DNA from: an uncultured delta proteobacterium
GTDB lineage: Bacteria; Myxococcota; Myxococcia; Myxococcales; Anaeromyxobacteraceae
Assembly (NCBI GenBank): GCA_963828255.1
Contig: CAWHDZ010000030.1
Coordinates: forward strand, 96,001 to 160,000
Direction of reading: 5' to 3'
Length of the DNA: 64,000 nucleotides
This document shows, in pieces, positions 30,198 through 41,057 of the stretch. Under the pieces are notes generated by a model, which was given only the letters and a program-made list of their open reading frames with translations, did no database searches and was not told the DNA's origin. Positions within the stretch are counted from its first letter, which is position 1. The number at the start of each line of letters is the position of its first letter. The translations under genes and the position numbers were made by a program.

Positions 30198-30746
30198 ATG
30201 CAGGTGAACATCACGTTCCGGCACCTCGAGCCCACCGAAGCACTGAAGGATCACGTGAAGGACAAGGTGGCCCACATCCAGCGGTACGTGGACCGGCCAG
30301 GCGAGGCCCACGCCGTCCTGCACCTGGAGAATCTCTCGCACCACGCGGAGATCACCATGAAGGCAGGGGCGTTCTCGGTGCGCGGGCGCGGAAAGTCCGA
30401 TGACATGTACGCGTCCATCGACGCCGCGGCCGACAAGATCGAGCGGCAGCTGAAGAAGCACAAGGAGCGGGTGCGCAACCACAAGGCGACCCTCATCCCG
30501 AAGGACTGGGCCCCGGTGGACATCCGGCACGACGTCATCGACGAGCCCAGGGACGTGCCATCGGCGCGGGTGGTCTCGACCTCGAAGTTCCAGGCCAAGC
30601 CCATGTCGCTCGACGAGGCCATCATGCAGATGGACCTCCTGAACAGCCGCTTCTACGTGTTCCAGGACGAGAAGACCCGCGGCATCAACGTGGTCTACCG
30701 CCGCGACGACGGGAAGCTGGGCGTCATCGAGGCGCGGCCGGCGTAG
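30198..30746 (+). CDS. hpf: ribosome hibernation promoting factor (long HPF)
   Basis: MQVNITFRH, DMYASID, KPMSLDEA, VVYRR.DG. Confidence 0.93.
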   Translation: MQVNITFRHLEPTEALKDHVKDKVAHIQRYVDRPGEAHAVLHLENLSHHAEITMKAGAFSVRGRGKSDDMYASIDAAADKIERQLKKHKERVRNHKATLIPKDWAPVDIRHDVIDEPRDVPSARVVSTSKFQAKPMSLDEAIMQMDLLNSRFYVFQDEKTRGINVVYRRDDGKLGVIEARPA

Positions 30747-30819
30747 GCGGTTCGCGCGAAGGTCCATCGGCCGCCCGCGTTCCTTGAATCGCGCGGGCGG
30801 CCGTGCTAGCCGGTGACTG

Positions 30820-31278
30820 GTGCACATCTCAGACATCCTGCGTCCCGACTGCGTGATCGCCGACCTCTCCGGCGCCACCGTCCCGTCGGTCCTCGCCGAG
30901 CTGGCGAGGCCCGTGGCGGCGGCGGGCGGCCTCGACGCCGGGCTGCTCTCGGCGGGGCTCCTGGCCCGGGAGCGGCTCGGCTCCACCGGGATCGGGGAAG
31001 GAGTCGCCGTCCCGCACTGCAAGGTGCCCGGGCTCGCCGCGCTCCAGTGCGCCCTGGGGCGGAGCGGGGATGGGATCGACTTCCGCGCCCTCGACGGGAA
31101 GCCCACCCGCATCTTCGTGGCCCTCTTCGCGCCGGAGCGGGCCGGGGCCGAGCACCTGCAGGCGCTCGCGCGGGTGAGCCGGCTCCTCAAGCGGCCGGAG
31201 TTCCGGAAGGCGCTGCTCGAGGCGCCGGACGCGGGCGCCATGTACCGGCTGGTCGTCGACGAGGACGGGCGGCTGTAA
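30820..31278 (+). CDS. ptsN: PTS EIIA (Ntr-type)
   Basis: RE.LGSTGIG.GVAVPH, DGKP, HLQALARVSR; rpoN synteny. Confidence 0.88.
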   Translation: MHISDILRPDCVIADLSGATVPSVLAELARPVAAAGGLDAGLLSAGLLARERLGSTGIGEGVAVPHCKVPGLAALQCALGRSGDGIDFRALDGKPTRIFVALFAPERAGAEHLQALARVSRLLKRPEFRKALLEAPDAGAMYRLVVDEDGRL

Positions 31279-31362
31279 GGCCCTCCGGACGCGGCCGCCT
31301 CGCGGGATCCCTCCGGAGTCCACCCGGTGCCCGGGTAGGCGCCCCGCGAACAGGGCTCGCCA

Positions 31363-31590
31363 TCAGGCGGCGACTTCCGTCGTCCGCTCCCGGTGCGCGC
31401 ACTCCCGGTGATGCCCGCTCTTCGATCCGCACCCGGCGCAGGCAGGCCGCCTCCGTCCCTGGCGCTCGTGGATGCGCGCGTCCAGCCAGGCTGCGCGGGC
31501 AGCGTCCTCCGCGGCGTAGCGGGCGGCGATCGACTCGAGGAGCCCCGATCGTCCCGAGTCGTTTCCAACCTCCGGCGGCTGTCGGTACAT
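31363..31590 (-). CDS. small protein with C-x2-C-x5-HH-x2-C motif
   Basis: GGGAGG 6 nt before the ATG; CAGCGSKSGHHREC. Confidence 0.5.
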   Translation of the reverse strand: MYRQPPEVGNDSGRSGLLESIAARYAAEDAARAAWLDARIHERQGRRRPACAGCGSKSGHHRECAHRERTTEVAA

Positions 31591-31698
31591 GCGTGACCTC
31601 CCGGTCGATCCGTATCGCGGTTCGGGGGGCCGTGGGTCGGGAACGGCGGGCTGCCTCGAAGGAAGCCGCTACCTCCACCGTCGGCATGGGGCGTTCGC

Positions 31699-32442
31699 CT
31701 ACACGTCGGGACGGGCGAGGTGCTGGGCGACCAGGAGAAGGACGTCGGGCGAGAAGGCCAACCCCAGGTGGGTGGAGGACACCTCGACGTGTTCGACGCA
31801 CGCATTGCGCTCGTCCACGCAGGCCTGCCAGGCCACCACTCGATCCCGGCGGGAGTAGATGGCGGAGACGGGGCGGGTGAGGGGCACCTCCTCGCGCGCG
31901 GCGACGGCGGCCTCGATGGCGTCCAGGTCCACGCCGCGTCGCCGGTAGGCGTGTGCCGAGAGCGTGTACTTGGGGCCGCCCACGACCGGCGCGCCGAGGG
32001 TCACCACCCGGTCCACCTCGGTGGGAGCATCCCTGGAGATCTCCCTCGCCAGGTAGCCTCCCAGGCTCCAGCCGACGAGCCGGACCCTTCGGCCGGTTGC
32101 GCGGTGGAGCGCGCCGACGCGCGAGACGAGCAAGGGCAGGAGTCTGCGGACGTCGCCGTCGTTGCGCCCCTGCCCCCAGGGGTGGACTTCGTGGCCCAGG
32201 AAGGAGAGGTAGCCACGGAGCAGCGCCGTCGCCGGGTCGCCGGTCGCGAAGCCGGGCAGGACCATCACCGGGCCTCCGTCGCCGCGCGGCGCCCGGGCCA
32301 GCGCCGGGGCGCGCAAGAGGAGGCGTGGGAACTCGAGGAGCCCTGCGACCTCGCCCCATGCGGCGCGACGGTCCGGGGGGCGGATCGCTCCCCGCGATTC
32401 CGATGCCGGGTTCAACGGGGGTCCCGGGAACCGGGAGCCCAC
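31699..32442 (-). CDS. alpha/beta hydrolase (esterase/lipase)
   Basis: VLPGF, GWSLGG, D.VV, HLG; start uncertain. Confidence 0.85.
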   Translation of the reverse strand: MGSRFPGPPLNPASESRGAIRPPDRRAAWGEVAGLLEFPRLLLRAPALARAPRGDGGPVMVLPGFATGDPATALLRGYLSFLGHEVHPWGQGRNDGDVRRLLPLLVSRVGALHRATGRRVRLVGWSLGGYLAREISRDAPTEVDRVVTLGAPVVGGPKYTLSAHAYRRRGVDLDAIEAAVAAREEVPLTRPVSAIYSRRDRVVAWQACVDERNACVEHVEVSSTHLGLAFSPDVLLLVAQHLARPDV

Positions 32443-32591
32443 TCCCGCGCGGCGACCGCGCGCCCAGGATCTTCGGCGCCGTCCTGCACCGCTGAGCGGC
32501 CGTCCCAGTTCACGCGCACGCGTCCCAGCGTGAGCACCGTCACCACGAGCGCGAGGACGAGGGCGATCGAGGAACGGAGGATGGAGATCAC
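32412..32591 (-). CDS. putative 59-aa single-TM protein (below the ORF-track cutoff)
   Basis: Hand translation: MISILRSSIALVLALVVTVLTLGRVRVNWDG... Confidence 0.4.
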   Translation of the reverse strand: MISILRSSIALVLALVVTVLTLGRVRVNWDGRSAVQDGAEDPGRAVAAREWAPGSRDPR

Positions 32592-32680
32592 GAATCCAAG
32601 CCTAAGTCCGGGGGCGACGGTTGCAAGCGCCGGCCGCCCCGCATCACCCCCGCCTTGACCCGAGCCAGGCCGGGCGACAT

Positions 32681-33448
32681 ATGAGCCCGGTGAGCTTCGC
32701 GGTCCCCGGAGATGCCTACGATCGGTTCGTCGGGAGGTACTCCCGGCAGCTGGCGCCGCGCTTCCTCGACTTCACCGGCGTGGAGCGCGGGCCGGTGCTC
32801 GAGGTGGGGTGCGGCCCAGGCGCCCTCACCGCCGTCCTGGCCGCCCGGTTCGGCCCGGCGTCCGTCGCGGCGGTCGAGCCATCCGACTCCTTCGCCGCCG
32901 CCTGCCGCGCCCGCGTACCCGGAGCCGACGTCCGTGCCGCCGGCGCGGAAGCTCTCCCGTTTCCGGACGACGCGTTCGGCGCCGTGCTCTCGCAGCTCGT
33001 CCTCTCCTTCGTCGGCGACGCGCCTCGGGCCATGGCGGAGATGCTGCGGGTGGTCCGCCCCGGTGGCGCCGTCGCGGCCTGCACCTTCGCGGCCGACGGC
33101 TTCGCCCTCGTCGGCACGTTCTGGCGCGCCGCCCTCCGGCTCGACCCGGCCGCCCCAGACGACGCGCGACTCCCGTTCCGCGACGAGGGATCGCTCCTCG
33201 CCCTCTTCCAAGGCGCGGGCCTGCGGGATGTGACGCTGGGCAAGATCGACCTCGAGGCCCGCTACGAGGACTTCGACGACTACTGGGAGCCGCTCGCCGT
33301 CGGCATCGGCCCGACCGGAAGCTACCTGCTGCGCCAGTCGCTGGCACGGCGAGACGAGCTCCGCGAGGGCTGCCGCGCATTGCTCGGGCGCCCCACTGGC
33401 CCCTTCACCCTTCCCGCAACCGCGATCGCCGTGCGCGGGGTCCGGTAG
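32681..33448 (+). CDS. class I SAM-dependent methyltransferase
   Basis: YDRFVGRYS, LEVGCGPG, AEALPFPD, VRPGG. Confidence 0.9.
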   Translation: MSPVSFAVPGDAYDRFVGRYSRQLAPRFLDFTGVERGPVLEVGCGPGALTAVLAARFGPASVAAVEPSDSFAAACRARVPGADVRAAGAEALPFPDDAFGAVLSQLVLSFVGDAPRAMAEMLRVVRPGGAVAACTFAADGFALVGTFWRAALRLDPAAPDDARLPFRDEGSLLALFQGAGLRDVTLGKIDLEARYEDFDDYWEPLAVGIGPTGSYLLRQSLARRDELREGCRALLGRPTGPFTLPATAIAVRGVR

Positions 33449-33561
33449 GGCTTTCGAGACACTCCACCCGCGGATGACCGCCCGCAGCCCCCCACGAGGC
33501 GCGCTGTCCGCGTCGCCTTCGGCCTCCCGGAACGAAGGCGATCCGTGCTTCCGCGCTCTCC

Positions 33562-34251
33562 TCAGTGGTTGACGCCGTGCGCGACCCGGTTCGTCCGGAA
33601 TCCGCCCGGCCCCCACGAGAAGAGCGCATTCCACGCGCGCCCCTTCACGCGGTCCACCGGTACCGGCCCGAAGACGCGGCTGTCGGCGCTGTGGTCCCGG
33701 TGGTCGCCCACGAGGAAGACCGTCCCGGCGGGCACCACGGTGGGGGGGATGTCTCCGCAGTCGGCGCCGGGCGTGCAGTAGGTGAGGTAGGCATGGTTCC
33801 CCAGCCGTTCCTCGGCCGCGGTGCACCGCTCGGTGCGCCAGGGGCCGCCCTCCATACGGTTCTCGTAGGAGCACGGACCGTCGAGGGGGCGCCGCGGAAC
33901 CGCCTGCCCGTTCAGCCAGAGCGCCCCGTTCCGGACCTCGACGGTGTCGCCGCCCACCGCCACCACCCGCTTGATCAGGTCGTCGTTGCGCGGGTTGCCG
34001 GGAGGCGCCAGCAGCACCACGATGTCGCCCCGCTCCGGCGAGGACCACATGAATTGTGCACGGTCCGTGAATGGCAGGCGAAACCCGTAGGCCCACTTCT
34101 CCACCACCACGTAGTCGCCGATCTGCAGGGTGGGGATCATCGACCCCGACGGGATGTAGACCGCCTCGTAGAGCAACGTCCGGAATGCGAGCACGGCGAG
34201 GATGGTGATCGTCCACCCCCGGATCTCGCGCTTGACCTTCGCCTTGTCCAC
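33562..34251 (-). CDS. lepB: signal peptidase I
   Basis: IPSGSMIPTL, IKRVVA, GDHRDHSADSR. Confidence 0.93.
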   Translation of the reverse strand: MDKAKVKREIRGWTITILAVLAFRTLLYEAVYIPSGSMIPTLQIGDYVVVEKWAYGFRLPFTDRAQFMWSSPERGDIVVLLAPPGNPRNDDLIKRVVAVGGDTVEVRNGALWLNGQAVPRRPLDGPCSYENRMEGGPWRTERCTAAEERLGNHAYLTYCTPGADCGDIPPTVVPAGTVFLVGDHRDHSADSRVFGPVPVDRVKGRAWNALFSWGPGGFRTNRVAHGVNH

Positions 34252-34272
34252 GATCTCCGACGGCCCCTTCCC

Positions 34273-35502
34273 TCACTCCGTGCGCATGGCCTCGACCGGA
34301 TCGAGGCGGCTGGCGCGGATGGCCGGGTAGATGCCGAACACGACGCCTGCGCCCGATGCGGAAAGCAGGGACAGTAGCACCGCCCAGGCCGGGACGCTCG
34401 AAGGAATGGCCCAGACCTCGCGGGCCAGGATGGCCCCCCCGGCGCCGAGCAGCACGCCCAGGATGCCGCCCAGGAGCGACAGGGTGACCGCCTCGATGAT
34501 GAACTGGGACAGGATGCGGCGGCGCCGGGCCCCCAGCGCCATGCGGACGCCGATCTCCCGGGTCCGCTCGGCCACCGAGACCAGCATGATGTTCATGACC
34601 CCGATGCCGCCCACGATGAGCGCGAGCAGCGTCACGGCGAAGGTGGCGGCCGCCACGACGGCGGCGAACTGGTTGAAGGTCCCGGTCATGGCCTCGTTGG
34701 TGCGGATGTCGAAGTCGTTCTCCTGGATGCCGCGCAGGCCTCGGATGGACCGCATCCGTGCGATGACCTCGTCCTGGGCCTTGTTGTAGTCCTCGGGCGT
34801 GAGGGCCTGGATGGCGATGTTGTGGTTCGTGACCTTGCCGGTGACCTGGTAGAACGGATCGAGGGGGATGAGCACCCAGCCGTCCCGGCTGCCCCCCAGG
34901 GTGCTGCCCTGCCGCTCGGCGACGCCCACCACCGTGAAGGGGCTCGACCGGATCCGGATCTCCTTGCCGACCGCACTCTCCCCCGGGAAGAGCACGTCGG
35001 CGACGTCGGCGCCCACCACCGCGACCCGCCCCCCGACGGCGATGTCGGTGTCGGTGAAGAAGCGGCCGTCGGCGATGGTGACCGCATTGGCGTACTGGTA
35101 GTCCGGGAGCCCGCCGATGATCTCGATGTTGGGCTTGGTGGCCCTGTCGCGGGTGGCGACCCGTTCCGGGCGGCCGTTGTGGTAGGCCTCGATCGAGACG
35201 TGGCCGACATGGGGCAACGACCGCATCGCCTCCCCCTGCTCGCGGGTCAGGTCCGGTCGCTTGGCGTATTTGGCCCGGTCGAAGTGGCCGAAGGTGGCGG
35301 GCCACTTCTGCACCTGAAAGGACCCGGCCCCCAGCCCCTCCAGGTCCTTGTTCACGCTGATGCGGAAGCCCTCGACGAGCGACATCATCGCGACCACCGT
35401 GGCGGCGCCGATGACGATGCCGAGCAGCGTGAGCAGCGAGCGCAGCGGGTTGCCCCGCAGCGTGCTCAAGGCGAGGCCCATGTTGTCGAGGAAGGCCCTC
35501 AT
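34273..35502 (-). CDS. MacB/FtsX-type ABC permease
   Basis: [33 protein letters not shown]. Confidence 0.92.
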   Translation of the reverse strand: MRAFLDNMGLALSTLRGNPLRSLLTLLGIVIGAATVVAMMSLVEGFRISVNKDLEGLGAGSFQVQKWPATFGHFDRAKYAKRPDLTREQGEAMRSLPHVGHVSIEAYHNGRPERVATRDRATKPNIEIIGGLPDYQYANAVTIADGRFFTDTDIAVGGRVAVVGADVADVLFPGESAVGKEIRIRSSPFTVVGVAERQGSTLGGSRDGWVLIPLDPFYQVTGKVTNHNIAIQALTPEDYNKAQDEVIARMRSIRGLRGIQENDFDIRTNEAMTGTFNQFAAVVAAATFAVTLLALIVGGIGVMNIMLVSVAERTREIGVRMALGARRRRILSQFIIEAVTLSLLGGILGVLLGAGGAILAREVWAIPSSVPAWAVLLSLLSASGAGVVFGIYPAIRASRLDPVEAMRTE

Positions 35503-36746
35503 TCGTAGCGCAGCGCCTCCACCGGATCGAGGTTGGCGGCGCGCCAGGCCGGCCAGATGCCGAAGATGAGCCCCGTCGCCGTCGAGAAGGCGATTCCGAA
35601 CACAACGGCTGAGAGCGTGGCGGCGGCCGCCAGCGGGGAGAGGAGGGCGACGAGCATCGCCACCCCCAGCCCGACCGCCGTCCCCACCGCTCCGCCCAGC
35701 GCCGCCACCGCCGCCGACTCGATGAGGAACTGCATGAGGATGGTGCTGCGGCGCGCCCCCAGGGCACGGCGCACGCCGATCTCGCGGGTCCGCTCGTGCA
35801 CCGAGACCAGCATGATGTTCATGATGCCGATGCCGCCCACGATGAGCGTGATGAGCCCCACCCCCACCGCCATGCCGTAGAGGGCGCCGGTGAGCTGCTT
35901 GTACAGCTTGAGGAACTGCTCCTGCCGGTTGAAGGCGAAGTCGTCGGGCTTGCCGGGGAGGACGTGCCGGGCCCTGCGCAGGATGGGGGTGAGTTCGCTC
36001 TCCAGCTCCGAGACCTTCCCGGGCGGGGCCGCCACCGAGAGCACCATGTTGCGCTGGGTCCCGAAGATCCGGCCGAAACTGGGGTGGGGCATGATGGCCA
36101 CGTTGTCGAGCGGCATGCCGAGCATCTGCCCCTGCCGCTCGAGCACCCCCACCACCTGGAACGGGCGCCCGGCCACCAGCACCTTCTTGCCCACCGCTGC
36201 CGCGACCGGCTCGTCGGGGAAGAGCCGGTCCACCACGTCGGTGCCGAGCACGACCGACGGCCGGACCAGCTCCACGTCGCCGGCCACCAGGAACCGTCCG
36301 GCCTGCACCGAGCCGCCGTTCGCGTTCAGGTACTCCTCGCTCGTGCCCCGGATGATCACGCTCTCCAGCTCGACGTTGCCGCGCGCCACCTTGCCGCGGA
36401 CGCCGGACATGGGGGCGACCGACAGGGCGAGCTGGGACTCGCGCTGGACGGCCTTGAGCTCCTCCACCGTAATCTTCTTTCGGTTGCGGTACATCCACCA
36501 GGTGTCGTCGCTCTGGATCCAGGGATGGCGGTCCACGTAGAGCGTGTGGGCGCCCAGGAACTGGATCTGCTCCTCGAAGCTGCGGTCGAGCCCCTGGATG
36601 ATGGCCACGATGGCGATCACCGTCGAGACGCCGATGACGATCCCCAGCGTGGTGAGGAAGGTGCGCAGGCGCGCGCCCACGAGCGCCCCGAAGGCGATGC
36701 GGAAGCCCTCGACGAGCTCCGCCCAGGCGCGGCGGGCCCTCTTCAC
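35499..36746 (-). CDS. MacB/FtsX-type ABC permease
   Basis: [33 protein letters not shown]. Confidence 0.92.
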   Translation of the reverse strand: MKRARRAWAELVEGFRIAFGALVGARLRTFLTTLGIVIGVSTVIAIVAIIQGLDRSFEEQIQFLGAHTLYVDRHPWIQSDDTWWMYRNRKKITVEELKAVQRESQLALSVAPMSGVRGKVARGNVELESVIIRGTSEEYLNANGGSVQAGRFLVAGDVELVRPSVVLGTDVVDRLFPDEPVAAAVGKKVLVAGRPFQVVGVLERQGQMLGMPLDNVAIMPHPSFGRIFGTQRNMVLSVAAPPGKVSELESELTPILRRARHVLPGKPDDFAFNRQEQFLKLYKQLTGALYGMAVGVGLITLIVGGIGIMNIMLVSVHERTREIGVRRALGARRSTILMQFLIESAAVAALGGAVGTAVGLGVAMLVALLSPLAAAATLSAVVFGIAFSTATGLIFGIWPAWRAANLDPVEALRYE

Positions 36747-37492
36747 GCGACCGCCCCGTGGTGCGGCGGCTGGAGCGGGGGTGCGCCGATGGTCGCCACC
36801 TCGGCGCCCGGGCCGTCGGCCACCACCTTGCCGTCGGAGAGCCGGATGGCGCGCGGGCAGCGGGCCGCGAGGCGCGGCTCGTGGGTGACGAGAAGGATGG
36901 TGTGGCCACGCTGGTTCAGCTCCCCGAAGAGCCGGATGATGTCCTCGCCGGTGGCGCTGTCCAGGTTGCCGGTGGGCTCGTCGGCGAGCAGCAGAGAAGG
37001 GTTTCCCACCAGCGCCCGGGCGATGGCGACGCGCTGCCGCTGCCCTCCCGAGAGCTCGTTGGGCTTGTGGTGCATGCGATTTCCCAGCCCCACCGACTCG
37101 AGCGCCTGGACCGCCTTCTCCTTCCGCTCCTTGCGGGGGAGACCGCGGTAGACCAGCGGCAGCTCCACGTTGGCGAGCGCGGTGGATCGGGAGAGCAGCT
37201 GGAAGGTCTGGAAGACGAAGCCGATCTCGGTGTTGCGCAGGTCGGCCAGCTGATCGTCGCTCATCTTCTCGACGTCGTTGCCGTTGATCCGGTAGGAGCC
37301 GCCGGTGGGGGTGTCGAGCGCGCCGATGAGGTTCATGAGCGTGGACTTGCCGGAACCCGACTGCCCCACCACCGCCACCCACTCCCCGCGCCGGACGTCG
37401 AAGGAGACGCCGTCGAGGGCGCGGACCTCCTCCTCCCCGACCTTGTAGTGGCGGGTCAGGTTCTCCACCGAGATGAGGGGGGCCTCGGTCAC
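36743..37492 (-). CDS. ABC ATP-binding protein (MacB/LolD-like)
   Basis: [25 protein letters not shown]. Confidence 0.95.
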   Translation of the reverse strand: MTEAPLISVENLTRHYKVGEEEVRALDGVSFDVRRGEWVAVVGQSGSGKSTLMNLIGALDTPTGGSYRINGNDVEKMSDDQLADLRNTEIGFVFQTFQLLSRSTALANVELPLVYRGLPRKERKEKAVQALESVGLGNRMHHKPNELSGGQRQRVAIARALVGNPSLLLADEPTGNLDSATGEDIIRLFGELNQRGHTILLVTHEPRLAARCPRAIRLSDGKVVADGPGAEVATIGAPPLQPPHHGAVA

Positions 37493-38814
37493 GACCCGCT
37501 CGCTTCCTTCTTGGTCTTGGTCTCGCCCGACACCTTGGGCCCCGCCTTCTCCTTGTCCTTCTCGGGCTTCTCGGTCTTGACGGGCTTGCCGTCGGCGAGC
37601 TCGCGCGAGAGCAGCTTGTAGGGCCCCTCCACGATCACCTCGCCCTCCTTCACGCCGGACACGAGCTCGATGTCGTTCTCGCTGGCGAGGCCGGTCTCGA
37701 CCCGGCGGACCCGGGCCTTGCCCTCCTCGACCACGAAGACCACCTTCTGGAGGGGCTCGCGCGTGGCCTTCTTGACCCCCGTCGCCGCGGGCGCCGCCTC
37801 GGGGGCCCCGCCGTCCTTGGGATCCTTTCCGGCCGCGAGCTGCTTCTCGGTGCGCACCGTGACCGCCTGGAGCGGGACGATGAGCGCCAGGTCGTGGGTC
37901 TCGGTGGAGATGGTGGCCTGCCCGCTCATGCCCGGCAGCGCGCCCGGCACGGGCACGGTGAGCGCGATGCGGACCGGGAAGGTGGTGACCTCGGCGTCGG
38001 TCCCGGCGTTCTTCACCGTGGCGTTCTTGGCGATCTCGATGACCTGGGCAGGGAACTTCCGGTCCGGGAAGGCGTCGATCTCGATCTCGGCGGCGTCCCC
38101 CTCGTGCAGGTGGACCACCTCGTGCTCGCCCACCTCGACCTTCATCTCCATGCTGGAGAGGGTGGCGATGATGACGATGGGGTCCTCGTTGAAGTCGGAG
38201 CCGCGCACCCGCTCGCCCACCTGCTTCAGGCGGGAGGTGAGGATGCCGTCGATGGGGGCGGTGAGGGTGGTGAAGGAGAGCAGGAAGCGGGCCTCCGCCA
38301 GGCTCGCGCTGGCGTTCCGGATGCGGTCCTTGGCCGACTGCACGCGGGCGGCGGCGCCGTCACGCTCGGCCACGATCTTCTCCAGCTCGGCGGCGCTGGC
38401 GCTGTCCTGCTTGACGAGCTTCTCCACGCGCTTCACGTCGGCCTCGAGCCTGGCCAGGTTGACCTCCTCCACCGACAGGTCCGAGCGGGCGCTCTGCTCC
38501 ATGGCCTCGCGCTGGTGCAGCTGGGCCTCGTAGCGCCGCGAGTCGATGCGCCCGATGTACTGCCCCTTCTTGATCTTGTCCCCCTCGCGCACCGGCAGGT
38601 CGAGCAGGTCGCCGGAGAGGTTGGAGGAGAGCTTCACCTGCGTGGCGGCCTGGAGCTTTCCGGCGGCCGAGACCTTGCGGGTGATGGGCCCCTTGCGGAC
38701 CGTCGAGGTCTGCACGGTGACGGGCGGGTCCTTCTTGGGGGCGAGCGACGCGCCCACGATGCCGACGACGGCGAGCACGAAGACGGCGACGATGATGCGC
38801 TTGGTCCAGGACAT
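37489..38814 (-). CDS. efflux periplasmic adaptor (MacA-like)
   Basis: N-terminal TM, lipoyl halves, coiled coil, TAPIDG. Confidence 0.92.
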   Translation of the reverse strand: MSWTKRIIVAVFVLAVVGIVGASLAPKKDPPVTVQTSTVRKGPITRKVSAAGKLQAATQVKLSSNLSGDLLDLPVREGDKIKKGQYIGRIDSRRYEAQLHQREAMEQSARSDLSVEEVNLARLEADVKRVEKLVKQDSASAAELEKIVAERDGAAARVQSAKDRIRNASASLAEARFLLSFTTLTAPIDGILTSRLKQVGERVRGSDFNEDPIVIIATLSSMEMKVEVGEHEVVHLHEGDAAEIEIDAFPDRKFPAQVIEIAKNATVKNAGTDAEVTTFPVRIALTVPVPGALPGMSGQATISTETHDLALIVPLQAVTVRTEKQLAAGKDPKDGGAPEAAPAATGVKKATREPLQKVVFVVEEGKARVRRVETGLASENDIELVSGVKEGEVIVEGPYKLLSRELADGKPVKTEKPEKDKEKAGPKVSGETKTKKEASGS

Positions 38815-38833
38815 GGAACGGGCTTCCTTTCGG

Positions 38834-40201
38834 CTACAGCGCGCCGCCCACGGCGCGGTTCAGGTCGGCGCGGGCGATGATGGCGTCGATGCGGGCCTGG
38901 AGCAGGACGAGCTCGGCCCGGGTGAGGTTGAGAAGCGCGTCGCGGACCTCGACCTGGGTCCCGGCGCCGGCGTCGTAGCGCCGCTCGGCGAGGGTCATGT
39001 TCTCCCGGGCCGACCGGAGGTTCTCCTCCGCGAGCACGGCCGAGGTGGAGAGGGTCTGGTAGCCGACGCGGGAGCGGGCGATCTCGCTCGTGACCGTCAG
39101 TAAATTTTGCTCGGAGACCAGCCGGATCCGCTGGTCGTTCAGGTTGGCGCGCTGGACGTTGGCGCTCGTGGTCCGCCCCTCGAAGAGGTTCCAGTTCACC
39201 GCGATGCCGAAGGTGGCCACGTACTGGCCGGTGGGGTCCCCCCACACGCCCTGCGGGCCGGCGATGTACGGCCCCTGGCGGTTGTAGCTCGCCTGGGCCG
39301 ACACGTTCGGATAGTAGCCGGCATGGGCGGAGCGGATCTCCTCGGAGGCGGCCTGGATCCTCTGCTCGTCGGCGTTGAGCAGGGGACGCTTGCGCCGGGC
39401 CAGGTCCACCAGGGCCGCCTGCACGGGGGGCTCCCGGAACGCCACCTTGTCGAGGTCGACCGGCGGGACGACCCTCAGCTCGGGATCGGCGCCGCGGCCC
39501 AGCGCGAGGGAGAGCGCCACCCTGGCGTCGCTCACCCGGGCCAGCTGCTGCTCGGCCGAGATGCGGTCGTTGCCGAGCGTGACCCGCGCCGCCCAGGTCT
39601 CGCTGCGGGGGGCGCGGCCGGCCTCGTAGAGGGCGTCGGTGCGCCGGACCAGGATCTCGCTGCGCTGCACCGCCTCCTGCAGCACCTTGAGGCTGCGCTC
39701 GGCGCGAACGACCTCGTAGAACCGCCTGGTGACGTCGAAGGCCACGTTGAGCGAGGCCTCGTCGTAGGTCTTGTCGGCGGCGCGCAGCAGGGCCTTGGCC
39801 CGGGCGATCGTGGCCCAGTTCCGCATGCCGTCGAAGATGGGGACCCTGAGGGTGAGGCCGAGGGCGTACTGCTCGACGTAGTTCGCCGGCAGCGACTGCA
39901 GATCCTGCTTGTAGCCGATGTCGATCACGGCGCCGGACGGGTCTCTCACCAAGACGATGCTCGCGATGTCCTGGACGCTTGGCGCCGTGTACTGGCCTCC
40001 GAAGGTGGCGTCCAGATCGAGACGGGGCAGCACGCCGGCCCAGCTGGCGTACTCCTCCACGCCCACCAGCGCCCGGTCGGTCCCGGCGATCTTGAGTTCC
40101 ACGTTGGATCGGGCGGCCGAGGCCAGCGCCTCGTCGAGCGTGATGGGCCCGGTGTCGGCCGCGGCGATCGCGAGGGGAAGCAGGAGCAGGATCGGGTGCA
40201 T
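38834..40201 (-). CDS. TolC family outer-membrane protein
   Basis: Signal peptide, LPRLD, PIFDG, YYPNVS, RYDAG. Confidence 0.9.
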   Translation of the reverse strand: MHPILLLLPLAIAAADTGPITLDEALASAARSNVELKIAGTDRALVGVEEYASWAGVLPRLDLDATFGGQYTAPSVQDIASIVLVRDPSGAVIDIGYKQDLQSLPANYVEQYALGLTLRVPIFDGMRNWATIARAKALLRAADKTYDEASLNVAFDVTRRFYEVVRAERSLKVLQEAVQRSEILVRRTDALYEAGRAPRSETWAARVTLGNDRISAEQQLARVSDARVALSLALGRGADPELRVVPPVDLDKVAFREPPVQAALVDLARRKRPLLNADEQRIQAASEEIRSAHAGYYPNVSAQASYNRQGPYIAGPQGVWGDPTGQYVATFGIAVNWNLFEGRTTSANVQRANLNDQRIRLVSEQNLLTVTSEIARSRVGYQTLSTSAVLAEENLRSARENMTLAERRYDAGAGTQVEVRDALLNLTRAELVLLQARIDAIIARADLNRAVGGAL

Positions 40202-40203
40202 GT

Positions 40204-40911
40204 CTACCTCGGGCCCCCCAGGGTGGGGAGCGCCACCTGGAAGACCGCCACGTAGGAGAGCCAGAGGACGACCACGGTCACGAGCGCGCGCCGGACCGGG
40301 ACCTTCGCCACGCCGGCCATCCCGGCGGCCACGATCCAGACCGACCAGATCGCGAACAGGTCCATCGCCCCGAGGAACGAGGCGAGCGGGCCGGTCATGC
40401 CCGCCGGGAGGAGCACGCCCAGGTTGCCGGGCAGGACGGAGGCGAGCTGCTCGACCGGGATCGTCTTGCGCATGAGCAGCGCGGGCACGCTCAGGATCCC
40501 CTCGATGGCCCCGGGCAGGAGCGCCCAGCACGCCACCGTGAAGGTCTGGGGGAAGCCGGGCTTGTCGCCGACCACCCGGAAGGCCAGCCAGAGCCCGAAC
40601 GCGGCCAGGAGCGCGGAGAGCCCGGTGCCGAAGGCGGCCCCGGTGTAGGCCGCCAGCGCGCCCACCTTGCGCCCCTGCTCCAGCTTCACCTCCCGGTCGT
40701 GGGGGGTCATCTGGGCCGCGCCCTCGCTCCGGTCGAGCGCGTCAGCGACGGCCCGCTCGAAGTCGATGCGCGGCACGGCCACGATGGCGAAGATCAGCGC
40801 CGCGGCGGTGGCGAGCAGGAGCGGCACCCAGTACTGCCGCTGCTCCGCGGCGCGGGGGAGCTGGGTGGTGGGGTGGAGGAGGGGGGACTGGGCGAATCGT
40901 TCGGCGGACAT
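40204..40911 (-). CDS. Yip1 family membrane protein
   Basis: About 5 TM helices; heads the exporter operon. Confidence 0.75.
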   Translation of the reverse strand: MSAERFAQSPLLHPTTQLPRAAEQRQYWVPLLLATAAALIFAIVAVPRIDFERAVADALDRSEGAAQMTPHDREVKLEQGRKVGALAAYTGAAFGTGLSALLAAFGLWLAFRVVGDKPGFPQTFTVACWALLPGAIEGILSVPALLMRKTIPVEQLASVLPGNLGVLLPAGMTGPLASFLGAMDLFAIWSVWIVAAGMAGVAKVPVRRALVTVVVLWLSYVAVFQVALPTLGGPR

Positions 40912-41057
40912 TGGTCTCCCGTCTGGGACCGACGCTCCAACGGATGGGGCGCGACCTTATTTCAGAGGGAAGGTCGAGGTGGTGGGGGAAAGTGTGGCCG
41001 TGCTCTTACTGCGAAAACGGCCGTCGCGCCACGATTCCGAGGGGTTACCCCCATGCG

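Noticed and set aside
32608..32625. Possible sigma54 site GG-N10-GC upstream of the methyltransferase
   Set aside because: The -24 element (GGGGCG) is far from TGGCAC and expected by chance in GC-rich DNA.
34273..36746. Repeated DNA between the two ABC permease genes
   Set aside because: Ordinary paralogous MacB-type C-terminal motifs.
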